From: Lytechinus pictus
Taxonomy: Eukaryota
Reading direction: 5' to 3'
DNA: 60,000 nucleotides
Assembly (NCBI RefSeq): GCF_037042905.1
Contig: NC_087251.1
Span: 19,098,001 to 19,158,000 of the forward strand
The notes under the pieces are model-generated. The model was not told the DNA's origin, did not search any database, and saw only the letters and a program-made list of their open reading frames with translations. Below are positions 40,527-52,290 of the stretch, in pieces. A program made the position numbers and the translations under genes. The stretch's first letter is position 1; each line of letters begins with the position of its first letter.

Positions 40527-41957
40527 ATGGCGACTGGGCCGGCGGCATCCGAGCCGGACCACACAATAACGAGTACGGATGAAGATAATATTTGGATGAT
40601 ACAAAGACCACGTCGAAAAAAAAGCACTTCGTACCAACCAGAAAAAAGAAAAAGAGAAAAGAGTGACGAGATTACAATTGAAAATATTAATCAAAATGCA
40701 TCGTCAGACTCTGACTCGAATACATCATATCGTACTCCAGGTTTTACTTCGACCAAAAGATTGTCTGATTTCAAGCTATTTATAGCACCTATAGATAGAC
40801 AGAAGAAATTGAATTTAAGGAATATTGATCCCTTAAAAGTTAAAAGAGCGATCAGAGACGTGAGTTCACAACCAGTAGAGTTTATCAAACCAATTAGCAC
40901 TGGGTTGCTGGTAAAGTGTATCAACCTAAAGCAAATGAAATCCATCGCACAGATGCAAAACATTGGTAATATACCAGTAAAGGTCACGGAAAGTAGGTCG
41001 GGAATTAAAGGAGTGATATATGGTGTCCCAACTGAAACATCAGAAGAGGATATTCTTGAAGAATTGAGGGACCAGAAAGTGACAGCAGTAAAAAGAATAG
41101 TAAAGAAATATCAGAGAAACAAAAATGACAAAGAAAGAGAAGATGTTGATATCAATCAGCCTACTTTTATTCCCTTGAGGAGTGTGATTCTTACTTTTAG
41201 TCGGGCAGATCTCCCTCAGAATGTCAATCTAGGCTACCAGATGTTTATAGTAAAACCATATATCCCTCCTGTATTCAGATGTTTTAAGTGTCAAAGGTAT
41301 GGTCACACTGCTGATATATGTAGATCTCAGATTAGATGTGTTAGATGTGGAGATCACCATAATTTTGATCAATGCCCAAAGAAATTGACACCAATATGTG
41401 CCAATTGTGGAGGTGAACACTCCGCTGCATTTAAAGGATGCCAGCAGGCAAAAAAAGCAAAAGAAGTACAAGAAATAAAGATAATAAGAAAGCTAACATA
41501 TGCTGAAGCATCCCAGGTCTGGAAAACACAAAGTGAAAAAAGGGTCACACAGACAGTCACTGAAGATGCTAAAGAATGTTCCCAATCAGTACCTAAGTTA
41601 AGAGAAAAAACCAACTTAACAGATGACCAGAGTAAAGTTACAAATACACAGGTAGAAACAGTTTCAAGTGAACTACCTATGGAGACTAACCTCCCTGTCG
41701 ACACCCAACAAAGGGATACGCCACTGTCTGCAGTTAAAAAACAGGCTACCAGGTCAGCCGGTACATCGGCAAAGAACACCACACCTAATTTCATAAGTCT
41801 AGCTAGTGATGAGCAAATTGTTGTTTTTATATGTCAATTGATTATGTCATTAACTGAAGGGAGAGAAGAAGAAGAAATAAATGCTTTAATTTTAACCGCT
41901 GCAAGAAGATTGCGGCAACAAAAAAAGGAAATCATAACTCAACAACGCAGGAACTAA
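40527..41957 (+). CDS. LINE ORF1, gag-like nucleic-acid-binding protein
   Basis: 476 aa; KGVIYGVP motif; three zinc knuckles CFKCQRYGHTADIC, CVRCGDHHNFDQC, CANCGGEHSAAFKGC. Confidence 0.93.
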   Translation: MATGPAASEPDHTITSTDEDNIWMIQRPRRKKSTSYQPEKRKREKSDEITIENINQNASSDSDSNTSYRTPGFTSTKRLSDFKLFIAPIDRQKKLNLRNIDPLKVKRAIRDVSSQPVEFIKPISTGLLVKCINLKQMKSIAQMQNIGNIPVKVTESRSGIKGVIYGVPTETSEEDILEELRDQKVTAVKRIVKKYQRNKNDKEREDVDINQPTFIPLRSVILTFSRADLPQNVNLGYQMFIVKPYIPPVFRCFKCQRYGHTADICRSQIRCVRCGDHHNFDQCPKKLTPICANCGGEHSAAFKGCQQAKKAKEVQEIKIIRKLTYAEASQVWKTQSEKRVTQTVTEDAKECSQSVPKLREKTNLTDDQSKVTNTQVETVSSELPMETNLPVDTQQRDTPLSAVKKQATRSAGTSAKNTTPNFISLASDEQIVVFICQLIMSLTEGREEEEINALILTAARRLRQQKKEIITQQRRN

Positions 41958-44900
41958 CGCTTTCCTTGCCCTACTTTCCATTCTTCAATGGAATTCTCAG
42001 GGCTTATTAGGGCACGGACAAGAGCTACTTAATCATCTAAAAATAAATAAAGAATATGATTTAATTTGTGTCCAAGAAACGTGGTTTTATGATAATAGTT
42101 CACTTTGTATTCCAAATTATACATGCCTCCCAAGAAATAGGGAAGGTCAACGAAGAGGGGGTTGTGCAATATATATTCATGATAGGATTAAGTACGAAGA
42201 TCCAATCAATGATTCAAGTCTAGAATTACAACATGTGAACATATATGTCACCAATAAAAAAATATCTATCATCAACTTTTATAATCCATGCAAAAAATTA
42301 AACGAATCAATTCTAAACACATTGTTGAAGAATGTTAATGAAACAGATAACCTAATAATCTTAGGTGATTTCAACGCTCATAGTACCCTCTGGGGCAGTG
42401 ACAAAACCGACAGAAATGGACAAGCCATTGAGCAATTTATATATGAGAATAACTTAATAGTATTGAATGATAAAACAGGAACTAGACTTGATCCTTGTAC
42501 TGGAAAGCTTTCGTGCTTAGATCTATGTATGTCCTCCCCATCACTGGCCGGTAAGGCGATATGGAAGGTTATGGAAGATTCCTTTGGGAGCGATCATTTT
42601 CCAATTATTATACAAATAACACTTGGAAAGAAAGGTAAAAATCATGAAAATCTAAGTAATCAGGCCAAAGATAACATGCCTCATGAACATATTTCTTTCA
42701 AGAATGTTAACTGGCCCATATTTGCATACAAATGTGAAAATATCATAAAAAATGAAATAATTAAATCTGAAGATGGTATTAAGAACATTTTTTATTCATT
42801 TATGGAACGCTTGAAGGAATGTATTCATGAAGCAGTCCCGAAAAAAAGAAAGACGGGGAAAAATCCTGTCCCATGGTGGAACAAGGAATGTACTGAAAAG
42901 ATTAAAGAAAGAAATAGAATAAGAAACCACCTATCAAGAAAAATCACACTTGATAGAATTAACGAATACAAAAAAAAGAAGGCAGAAGCCCAACGAGTTC
43001 TCCGGAAAGCGGAAAGAGAATATTGGCAAGCTTTTTGCAGAAGACTAGACAGATTCATGCCAGAGACAAAGATATGGTCATGTATAAAACGTTTAAATGG
43101 TGTACCTGTCAAAAAATCACAAAATATGCCTATTTTGATTGAGAAAGGTAAAGCCATTACGTCCTTAACAGAGAGAGTAGAGATTTTTGGAACTTATTTC
43201 CAATCCTTAGGACAAAAAAATAAAGATTCCAATAAAACATTAACCAAGGAAGTACAAAATTCTTTCTACCAAAATGAACATGTTATTAATGAACCTTTCT
43301 CGATGAATGAATTTGAGAAAGCAGTTATATCTAGTAAATTTGCTGCTCCAGGAAAAGATAATATTCCATACATTGTATACGAAAATATGCCAAAAAGCAC
43401 AAAAGAAATTATGTTGACCATTATTAATAGAATATGGGAATCCGGGGATATCCCGAGTTCTCTAAAACACTCAATTTTAGTACCAATCTTGAAATCTGGT
43501 AAGGACTCAAAAAATGTTATCTCCTATAGACCAATATCACTTACATCTTGTTTTGCCAAAGTTATAGAGCGTATGATAAAAGACAGATTGCAATGGTACA
43601 TGGATAAAAATAACTTATTGCCTAATTTCATCAGTGGTTTTAGAAAAGGTCGTAGTACTACTGACAATATTGTTTTATTAGAAAATGACATTCAAAAATC
43701 TATCAATTGCAGTGAGCACACTCTTGCAGTATTTTTGGATGTCGAAAAGGCTTATGACAGTCTTTGGATTGATGGATTACTGTACAAACTCACTCAATGT
43801 GGTATAGGAGGAAAAATGTTACATTTTTTAGAAAATTATCTAACAGAACGTACCTTTCAGGTAAGAGTTACAAATACTGAATCCAGAACATTTCAAATCC
43901 ATAACGGACTCCCCCAGGGGAGTGTTCTGAGTCCCCTTCTATATAATGTCATGATGAGAGATATTCCAATTGATCCTGAAGTGACATTATCCATATATGC
44001 TGATGATTGTGCAGTATGGTTTTCTGGAAAAAATGTAGAGAATATTAGATTAAGGATACAAACTTATCTAGATGTATTATGTACCTGGTTTAAAGACTGG
44101 GGCTTCAATTTTTCTATTGAGAAGACTGTTCCGGTATTTTTTACTAAGCTTTCAAACGTTACCCCTCCAACAATCAAGTTTGAAGGGAGTATACTCACTT
44201 ATAAAAATAATCACCGTTTCCTTGGAATGATATTTGATAGTAAATTGTCTTGGCATCCCCATATAGAGAACGTAGTTTCAAGAAGTAAAAGGAAATTAAA
44301 TATATTGCGAAGTTTAACAGGAACTAAATGGGGAAGTTCATCTAAGTCCTTACTTATGGTTTACAGGGCAATTATTAGATCAATTTTTGATTATGGTTGT
44401 CAAGCTTATGATAGTGCTCCAGTAACTACAAAAAAATTGTTAGACTCGGTGCAATATCAGGCACTCAGAATATGTGCTGGTGGGCTGCCATTAACATCGT
44501 TAGTTTCACTGCAGGTGGAAATGGGAGAACCCCCTTTAGATTTAAGAAGGCAAATGTTATCAAGCAAGTATAGACAAAATATAGAAAGACATAATAATCA
44601 CCCATTAATAACACGAATCAAACCATGCTGGCAGTTCGATTATCTTAAAGGTAAGAATGTTAGTAAACCGTTTGGTTACAGGCTCCAATCCAAGATAGGA
44701 AAAGAAATTAGTGTCGAAAATATTATTTCTCCATCCTTTCCACCTTGGTTATTTTGTCCACCAGTTGTATCTACTGAATTGAGTTCACAAATCAAGAAAT
44801 CGGATCATCCAATACAATTACAACAATTGAGTTTGGAATTGATACATACAAAATGGTCACACCAACTCCATATATACACTGATGGATCCAAAGCCCCTGA

Positions 44901-45702
44901 AAAGGGGATTAGCTCAGCTGCTTTTTATGTACCTTATTTTTCCTGTTACCAAGGCAAAAGACTATCGAATTTCACGTCCTCCTATAGGGCTGAATTAATT
45001 GCGATTGTTCTCGCACTGGAATGGATAGAATATTTAGATATATATACAGGTGTTGTTATTTTCAGTGATTCATTAAGTGCACTTTTATCTTTACAGAATC
45101 GGAAAGACGATCCTATCATTACAGAAATTCTAACTATTAGTACAAGACTCAAATATAAAGGTATAGAGGTATACCTGGAGTGGATCCCTGGTCACTGTGG
45201 AATAAAAGGAAATGAAATAGCAGACTCCTGCGCAAAAAAAGCTTTATCAAACAAAATAGAAATTCATAATCAAATAACATTATCAGAAATTATGCAACTT
45301 ATTTCAAAAAGTTGTAAGATAATTTGGCAAGAAAGATGGAATAAAACTAACTCAGCACTGAAAGAATTGCAACCATCAGTGCTATCCACATATAAATGTA
45401 ATCTAGGAAGACAGGAAACTGTACTCCATCGTCTCCGTTTTGGAGTCGCTGGTCTTAACCAAGATCTACTAAGATTAGGGATCCATCCAACAGGGTTTTG
45501 TGATAGATGTCCTGAGGTAGAAACTGTCAGACATTATCTTTTACATTGTCCAAAATATATAATTGAAAGATCAATGCTCCTTGTAGAATTGAATGAATCA
45601 CAGCCAGGACAAATAATGGAGTATTTAAAAAAAGATGACCCAGGGATACAGAAAGCATTTTTACGTTTCGTTTCAAGAACGAAACGTTTTAGTAAGGAGT
45701 GA
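41938..45702 (+). CDS. LINE ORF2: apurinic-like endonuclease + reverse transcriptase + RNase H + CCHC finger
   Basis: Frame is open from 41938 (after TAA 41935-41937), well upstream of the track's GTG at 42235. APE motifs SILQWNSQG, ICVQETW, LGDFNAH, SDHFPI; RT motifs YRPISLTS, PQGSVLSP, YADD; RNase H YTDGS, AELIAI, SDSLS, WIPGHCGIKGNEIAD; C-terminal CDRC...HYLLHC. Confidence 0.93.
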   Translation, partial: LNNAGTNAFLALLSILQWNSQGLLGHGQELLNHLKINKEYDLICVQETWFYDNSSLCIPNYTCLPRNREGQRRGGCAIYIHDRIKYEDPINDSSLELQHVNIYVTNKKISIINFYNPCKKLNESILNTLLKNVNETDNLIILGDFNAHSTLWGSDKTDRNGQAIEQFIYENNLIVLNDKTGTRLDPCTGKLSCLDLCMSSPSLAGKAIWKVMEDSFGSDHFPIIIQITLGKKGKNHENLSNQAKDNMPHEHISFKNVNWPIFAYKCENIIKNEIIKSEDGIKNIFYSFMERLKECIHEAVPKKRKTGKNPVPWWNKECTEKIKERNRIRNHLSRKITLDRINEYKKKKAEAQRVLRKAEREYWQAFCRRLDRFMPETKIWSCIKRLNGVPVKKSQNMPILIEKGKAITSLTERVEIFGTYFQSLGQKNKDSNKTLTKEVQNSFYQNEHVINEPFSMNEFEKAVISSKFAAPGKDNIPYIVYENMPKSTKEIMLTIINRIWESGDIPSSLKHSILVPILKSGKDSKNVISYRPISLTSCFAKVIERMIKDRLQWYMDKNNLLPNFISGFRKGRSTTDNIVLLENDIQKSINCSEHTLAVFLDVEKAYDSLWIDGLLYKLTQCGIGGKMLHFLENYLTERTFQVRVTNTESRTFQIHNGLPQGSVLSPLLYNVMMRDIPIDPEVTLSIYADDCAVWFSGKNVENIRLRIQTYLDVLCTWFKDWGFNFSIEKTVPVFFTKLSNVTPPTIKFEGSILTYKNNHRFLGMIFDSKLSWHPHIENVVSRSKRKLNILRSLTGTKWGSSSKSLLMVYRAIIRSIFDYGCQAYDSAPVTTKKLLDSVQYQALRICAGGLPLTSLVSLQVEMGEPPLDLRRQMLSSKYRQNIERHNNHPLITRIKPCWQFDYLKGKNVSKPFGYRLQSKIGKEISVENIISPSFPPWLFCPPVVSTELSSQIKKSDHPIQLQQLSLELIHTKWSHQLHIYTDGSKAPEKGISSAAFYVPYFSCYQGKRLSNFTSSYRAELIAIVLALEWIEYLDIYTGVVIFSDSLSALLSLQNRKDDPIITEILTISTRLKYKGIEVYLEWIPGHCGIKGNEIADSCAKKALSNKIEIHNQITLSEIMQLISKSCKIIWQERWNKTNSALKELQPSVLSTYKCNLGRQETVLHRLRFGVAGLNQDLLRLGIHPTGFCDRCPEVETVRHYLLHCPKYIIERSMLLVELNESQPGQIMEYLKKDDPGIQKAFLRFVSRTKRFSKE

Positions 45703-46549
45703 TGTACTATTTTAATATTGTATTGTCTATAAGAAATATGAATGGATATGCTTGTACAAGTCTAATGTGAAAAGAAGAAAAAATATATATATATACATAA
45801 TAATGTATGATATAATATATACAATATGATATATTCTGCACATATAACTAACAAAGCCCACAAGTGTTTTCGCCTTGTTGTTGTTGTTGTTTAAAAAAAA
45901 GAAACAAATTATTTTAATGTTTAACCCATCTGTAAGCACAGGTACACTAGCGCCCCCTCGTCTATGCATGGGTGACCTAGGCATTTATGTCCGAAAAATC
46001 GGCACAATGTACCGTGCTGACCGGTATGATTGCATCTTTGAAAGGGCAGGGCAAGCGCAACTAGTTGGAACTGAGCTGAAGATAGCGGTTTGTTTTTGGT
46101 GAAGTTTTGTTTATATGCCATTTTGACAAGAGTTACTGCAAACTTTTGTACATATCATAATTATCCTCTTTCATATCAGAAGGATACAAAAAAAATATTT
46201 TATATATGTATACATCATATTGGTAATAATATTATTATGTGAGAAGTGAGATTTTTTATTAATAATGTCAATGGCGACAATAGTCAAATATGACTAATCG
46301 CCACTCAAACAAACATAAGAAGAAGAAGAAGATCAAGCCTATTCAATAAGTCAGCTGATCATGCTTTTAATATCCACTCACTCAGTCATCACTGCGCTGT
46401 TGAAATTTACTAAAATTGCCTTCTAATCTGTGTCAAGCCTAAGTTTGCACGATCAGAAATTGTTGCTTTAGATAACTGAAGATTTATCACCATTCACTGA
46501 CGACCAAATCAAGGGCTAAAGCCACCAATGGTTTGTCCATGTTCTTAAT

Positions 46550-46755
46550 TTCCTATGCCGAGCAACCGCAACGTAAATTAGAGTCAAGAGGACGGACTGC
46601 GGCCCGGCCGCGGAGTTGAGGGAGCGCCAAGAAGGGGGTACCGTGCCGATACCGCACCCATAATAGGCCAAGCCTAACGGCTAAGATTTCCAGCACTCGG
46701 ATCTTTAGCCTTTGACGGTCTTTTCAATTTTCTAAGAAAAGAAGAAATCTGTCTG
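46550..46755 (+). promoter_or_regulatory. CpG-rich candidate promoter / non-coding first exon of the mucin-like gene
   Basis: Local GC/CpG enrichment (gcggcccggccgcgg), upstream CCAAT at ~46525, strong donor CTG|GTAAGC at 46755/46756; the link to the 52005 exon is inferred. Confidence 0.4.
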
Positions 46756-47327
46756 GTAAGCTTTTTATGTTATTGAATTTAGCTCATCCTTGGGTCATTG
46801 AACCTTGGCTTAATATTTTTTAGATAGATCTAAAAATTTTAGTAAAAATGATGATGGCAACCGGCCCAAGGCAAGCCAAAGTGAAGGCGAGGCTAGCCAG
46901 GCGGCTTCTTGAGAGTAAAAATCATTTTCTAACGTAGGCTTATTCTCAATGAAGCCAGGGAGTCCTTCCTATTCATCTGCGTGTACCGCAAAAAACCTTG
47001 AAACTTTCGCCCCCGAGATTTCTACTTTCCTTCTAAAAGTAAACAACATCTAGGATTCTAGCCATAAATCTTATAAAACTTCATTTCCGACATTTCTACG
47101 CTCTCGTTGTTATTTTTAAACAAGAATTCATCAAAAAAATGAAAAAATATTGTGAAAAGACGGAAGAGACTTGCCCGATGTTTACGCCGCCATCTTGTTT
47201 CTTATTGTACTTCCCCAACGTTACGCGACGGTTCACTGCAACCATCCTGCCTGTGGGGAATCTACAGGTAGGACTATGGTATTGGAATGCCAATGATGTA
47301 CACATCACACACTTAAAAAATCATTAA

Positions 47328-47893
47328 AGGACAAGTCCACCCCAGGAAAATGCTAACTTGAATAAATAGAGAAAAATCAAACTAGCTACTAGCATAGTGC
47401 TGAAAATTTCATCAAAATCGGATGTAAAATAAGAAAGTTATAACATTTTAAATTTTCGCTTATTTTTCACAAAACTAGGTGAGTCAGTTGATGATGTCCA
47501 TCACTCACTATTTCTTTTGTTTTTTATTGTTTGAATTATACAATATTTCATTATTTATAGATTTGACAATTAGGACCAACTTGAATGAACCATATAGTAT
47601 TAAACAATACTAATTTCACATGTTCAGGGAGGAATTAATCGTTGTATCACTTGACTATGAGGAGAAAATGAGAATATTTCATATTTCAAAGAAATAGTGA
47701 GTGGATGACATCATAGTCTCCTCATTTGCATACCAGCCAGGATGTGCATATAACTGTTTTGTGAAATTAAGCGAAACGTTAAAATGTCATAACTTTCTTA
47801 TTTTACATCCGATTTTGATGAAATTTTCAGCGTTACGCTCGTTGGATTATTCTCTTTATTTAAATCAACTTTTTGTTGGGGTGGACTTGTCCT
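47328..47893. mobile_element. Kolobok-like MITE
   Basis: TTAA|AGGACAAGTCCACCCCA ... TGGGGTGGACTTGTCCT|TTAA; long inverted arms. Confidence 0.85.
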
Positions 47894-50399
47894 TTAAAAT
47901 ATCACTTTTGTGACCAAAATTACTCATTTCCATACAGTTGCAATTTATTTTTCATTAGTAACGTGGGGATAATTTTTGTAATCACCAGAGCGCTCAAAAA
48001 CATGAATTTTGGGCATAATTTTAAGTACGCCCTCTATTGGTGGAAAGTAATATGGCAAGAAAATTTTCATTTTTGATCTCTATTTTTTATTAAGAAAAAA
48101 ATCATTTAAAGAATCAAATTTACTTAAGAGCCAAGTTGTATGACAAATAGGTGTAATGGAAACTGTCTGTGTAAAAAATCAAGCATTTGTCCCAAAGAAT
48201 AAGAGAAAACAAGCCAAACATTGCCACCTTTATTTTGCCACACATGGAGATATAACTGAGTTCATTGAATGAGTGGTCTAAGGTACGATATTTTTCAATT
48301 TTATATATTTTTTCGTAAATTTGATGTAATTATTTTTTCATAATGTGACATTTTATGCACAAAAAAACGATCCGAAAATCGGGTTTCCGCTGAATGTTAG
48401 ATCTAACGTTACTGCTAATACGTTGTCTGTACGTACGGGCCTCCAAGCTCTTCAGTCTATGTATTAGTGAGTGAGCCAACGCAGTTCAGCGGAACAACCA
48501 AAATACAGAGACTGAAGCTCTTAAGGTTATAATATATATGTGGCAGGGGCCTGTTTCATGACGAGATGAGCGATACGTAGGAACATCCTCTAGGACCATT
48601 CTTCCGATATTGGAAGATTGGCGACAAATCAGCGCTTTCCGTTTCACGAAGGCAATTTTGTTTTCCAAGTCTGCAACATCATTTGATATCGATAGTATCG
48701 TAAAAATATTTAGTCTACTCTTCATCGTCCCCTGAACCTATTATTTTGGAATGACGACTTTTCATAAAATCATATATTTCAATAAATGGAGATCAAATAA
48801 TGTTTTATTTATTACTGATTGTAGAATTGATGTATGGAGCTTACTTTATGAGGTAAAAGGAGAAAAAAAACTGTAAAAGTAGTGTAAAGATTCACAAACA
48901 AACTGGATAAAATAGAAATTTTCATTATTTCCCTTATTTAGAACATGGTGTCCGTTTAGAGACACCTTTCATTGATATTTCAACAAAAGAGACCCTTGTC
49001 TGACATAAATATAAGTAATTTTGACATTGTATTAGTTCAATATTCTGAATTTTTATAGAATACTTATTTATAATGATGATTTTGCAAATTGCGTTAAATG
49101 TTATTCGCTGAGGTAAAAAAAGGGTTTGAATGGAGTAAACAAAATCAATGTGTATGATTGTTTGAGACTTAAAAGGAAAATATGAGAGGCTGTGTGTGAA
49201 AAATCTAATTTATTTATTTTATTTGTCAGATATAACGCAAGAAATACCAAAAATGACGACGATCATAAACGTTGGTCATATTCAAAGTTGATAATTTTAT
49301 GGAAGTTTATATAGAATATAAGTATATATGTATATACATGTATATGTTCAACATTTCAAAGTTAAGGAGTCGAGACTACAGTATTGCTTTAACATGACAT
49401 GTATAGGGGCCGATGGGGCCTACCCTACGATTTAAAAATTCGCCTCTTCGTATGAGCTTTCCATAATATTTTCTTTTATTGGTACTTCATTTGGAATGAT
49501 TGTGATGGATTTGTAAGCTACATGTATATGCCTAATCTATATCTTAAATTCAATTAGCTATTTTGTTACTGCAGATTTTGTTGTTGTTTCATTCATCTCA
49601 AGTTAGCACAAATCCATCAATTAATTTTCATTGATTGACATTAATCTCAGCCCTAAAATAACAATTGTAATGAAAATGAAATAAAAATAAATAAATTATT
49701 TAGCATGTTTAGTAACATCTTAGTTTTTTATCGTGTTTTTTTTTTGCTGAACGTTATAGACACGTATTTACCATAATAATTTCTTTTTGAAAATTTGTTC
49801 TCATGTTGTTTTTGTACACAGGAAAAATTGATGATTTTTCTGCTTTACAGATAATGCATTTGAATTCTTTACTTCTCTCACAGTATAGAGAATTCATACA
49901 TGTAGATATCTTTTCCTACTAGCGTGAATTGATAAAATCTACAACTTTGGACTACTTTTTTGCCGTACATGTATTCCCTTCCCCTTATTTGGCGCAGCTT
50001 TCCAATTCTATCTGCAATTAGATTGTATGTAACAACTTTTCCTGACATAGAAATTAAGGCCCAGTAAGAGCCAAATGAAGAAATCACAAAAACCCTAGTG
50101 AAGAGTTGTATGTTTCCATCCATTTGAGCACTGAATAATTTGTCAGTGCCATTTTTCTATGCAAATTGAAAACAAAAATCCAATTCAAAATCAGAAAAAA
50201 AATCTTTTCTACCTGCAAACCTATGGAATCACAACCCTTAATAGTTTTCCTTAGAAGCAAAGTGCTCAGCAGTCAAGTGATGAATAGTATAATTTTAACT
50301 AGATTGTTGTACTATGTAGCTTTTATATTTCCCAATTGTAAATTTCACTTTTAGCTCTGGTCTTGGACTTTAACTCTTTTATTCTGGTAGGTAGTCCAG

Positions 50400-51230
50400 G
50401 GGCTGTATTCTGAGGTCATTTTATCTTTAAAATATTTCATTTTATCTCTTAAAATGAAATTGGTATACTGAGATGACATTTTATCTCTTAGATAAAATTT
50501 AAAATTTTATCTTGTGTATAAATTCTATCTTGCGTATCTATGATGATACGCAACAGAGCAGTGGCTGCGTAGACATACCCATCACGTATCTGGCCATTGC
50601 AACGCGGGTGATGTGCTTGCGCCCAATTAAGTTACTTTGAAGAAAAAATAAAATAAACTTAAAAGAGGGTAGGGGCTATTTTATCTCCGCGATGTTGATT
50701 TGGTCAATATTTCTAGGTGAATTAACTCCAAATGTTGGCATGAAAATTAAGAAAAATTATATATTCATTGAGAACAACATCTTAAAGTTATTCCTGTACA
50801 ATCAGAAAGCATTTCATAAGACTTTTCTTGACTAATATTGTCTTTGAAATGATGCTTGAAAAAATGCGATATAGACTTCGAAAAAAAGATGAGAGTATTG
50901 CCATTTCTGTTAAATAGAAATCTCTGTAAAGACGCGCAAGCGTATAGTGCAAGCGTATTGAAGTCAATAAATTGACGCAATCTCACTCCTTCGCCACACC
51001 TCCTAGCGGAATGGATTTCCATTGGTTGAGTGATATGAGAGAGCTATAAAAGCGCGTTTCTAATTGGATATTGATTAAAAAATAGGTGTGTCTTTCAGAG
51101 ATAAAATGAAGATAAAACTGTTCTCAGAATACCAATTCGGAGAGATTTAAGGGTATTTTATCTCACTGATTTTAACGGAGATACAATATTTTATTTTATC
51201 TGAGATAAAATGGATCTCAGAATACCACCC
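50400..51230. mobile_element. PIF/Harbinger-like MITE
   Basis: TIR gggctgtattctgag / ctcagaataccaccc; CAG on both flanks; subterminal TTTTATCT/AGATAAAA repeats. Confidence 0.75.
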
Positions 51231-52077
51231 CAGTACAGTACATGTAGGTGGACATGTTTTGTTCTTATTGTGTTGAGTGTTATTGTATCAATGTCTTTGG
51301 TTTATTCTTGATTGCTGAAAGAAACAATATGAGCGTAATACCAATAAATTCATAAAGTTTCCAGCCACCTTTGCTTGTAGTTTGAGCCGCATTGAAAGGG
51401 GAACCTAACTTGAGGAAACCCCTCGTTTTGCAATTTTATTTGCTTGCCTTTCATGGATGTATAATTTTGGCAGCCATTTACTTAGCCGTAATGGGAAGAT
51501 ATGTACCCCCTCTAAAACCTTTTAGGTGTAAAAACCCTTAAATTTGATTTTTGATTTGTTTTGATTTCCTATTATTAACAAGAAGTCTTGAGCTGAATTC
51601 AAATGTGGAAGAATTTGTTTCAGTGATTTATTGAACTACCGTATACTTCAGTTCTATGTGCTACACATTGTGTTACTATGATTTTGATTAAGGAAGAGGT
51701 TTCAAAGTGGTTGTAAACCAAATATCACAATTTTCTAGCATTGAAACTATAATGGCTATTTGACTAAAAAAAAAGATAAGTCCCCAGATGTCATTACGAA
51801 AAAATGTACTATTAGAAACTTAATCCTGCTCCATAATTTGATGGAAGAGTCATATTTTGGTATATACAACTTTCCATTTTCAGTTTTATAGATTATAGCT
51901 AGATTGGCCTATGGCTTCCCAAACTGTGTAAAATTTTGTACTGTTGTGTTACATATAAAAGCTGCTTATTTATTTATTTCATGTCCTTCTCCCTATGCTT
52001 GTAGAATCTTCATCCAAACAACAATTGAGACCATCCACCAAACTTCTTTCAATAACGGCTATGCAAGTCTTATGACC

Positions 52078-52290
52078 ATGGAGAGAATACATTGGATCTA
52101 CACACCGTTGCTACTGGCAGCAATATGCACCACACCATGTTATATAACTGGTTTGCCCATCACTACAGAGCCAGGGCCAACTCTACAAACCGACATAACT
52201 GATATCATAACAGATCTCCAAGCAATTGCTGGTAATGAGAGTTCTACATCCAACGCAATGCCACAGTATTCTACAACAATTCCATCTGAG
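52078..52290 (+). CDS. Signal-peptide exon of a Thr/Ser-rich mucin-like glycoprotein
   Basis: Acceptor at 52004; accATGG (alternative in-frame ATG 52072); MERIHWIYTPLLLAAICTTPCYITG signal; donor GAG|GTGAGA, phase 0. Confidence 0.75.

Larger units (their letters stand above)
40260..46332 (+). mobile_element. Apparently full-length I-group (Nimb/I-like) non-LTR retrotransposon
   Basis: Two uninterrupted ORFs (gag-like; APE-RT-RNase H-CCHC). 3' stem-loop TGGCGA..TAGTCA aata TGACTA..TCGCCA followed by an (AGA)n tail at ~46317-46332. 5' boundary uncertain; no TSD found. Confidence 0.85.

Noticed and set aside
40200..46350. Target-site duplication for the I-group LINE
   Set aside because: The sequence after the (AGA)n tail (TCAAGCCTATTC) was not found upstream of ORF1, so the 5' end is left approximate.
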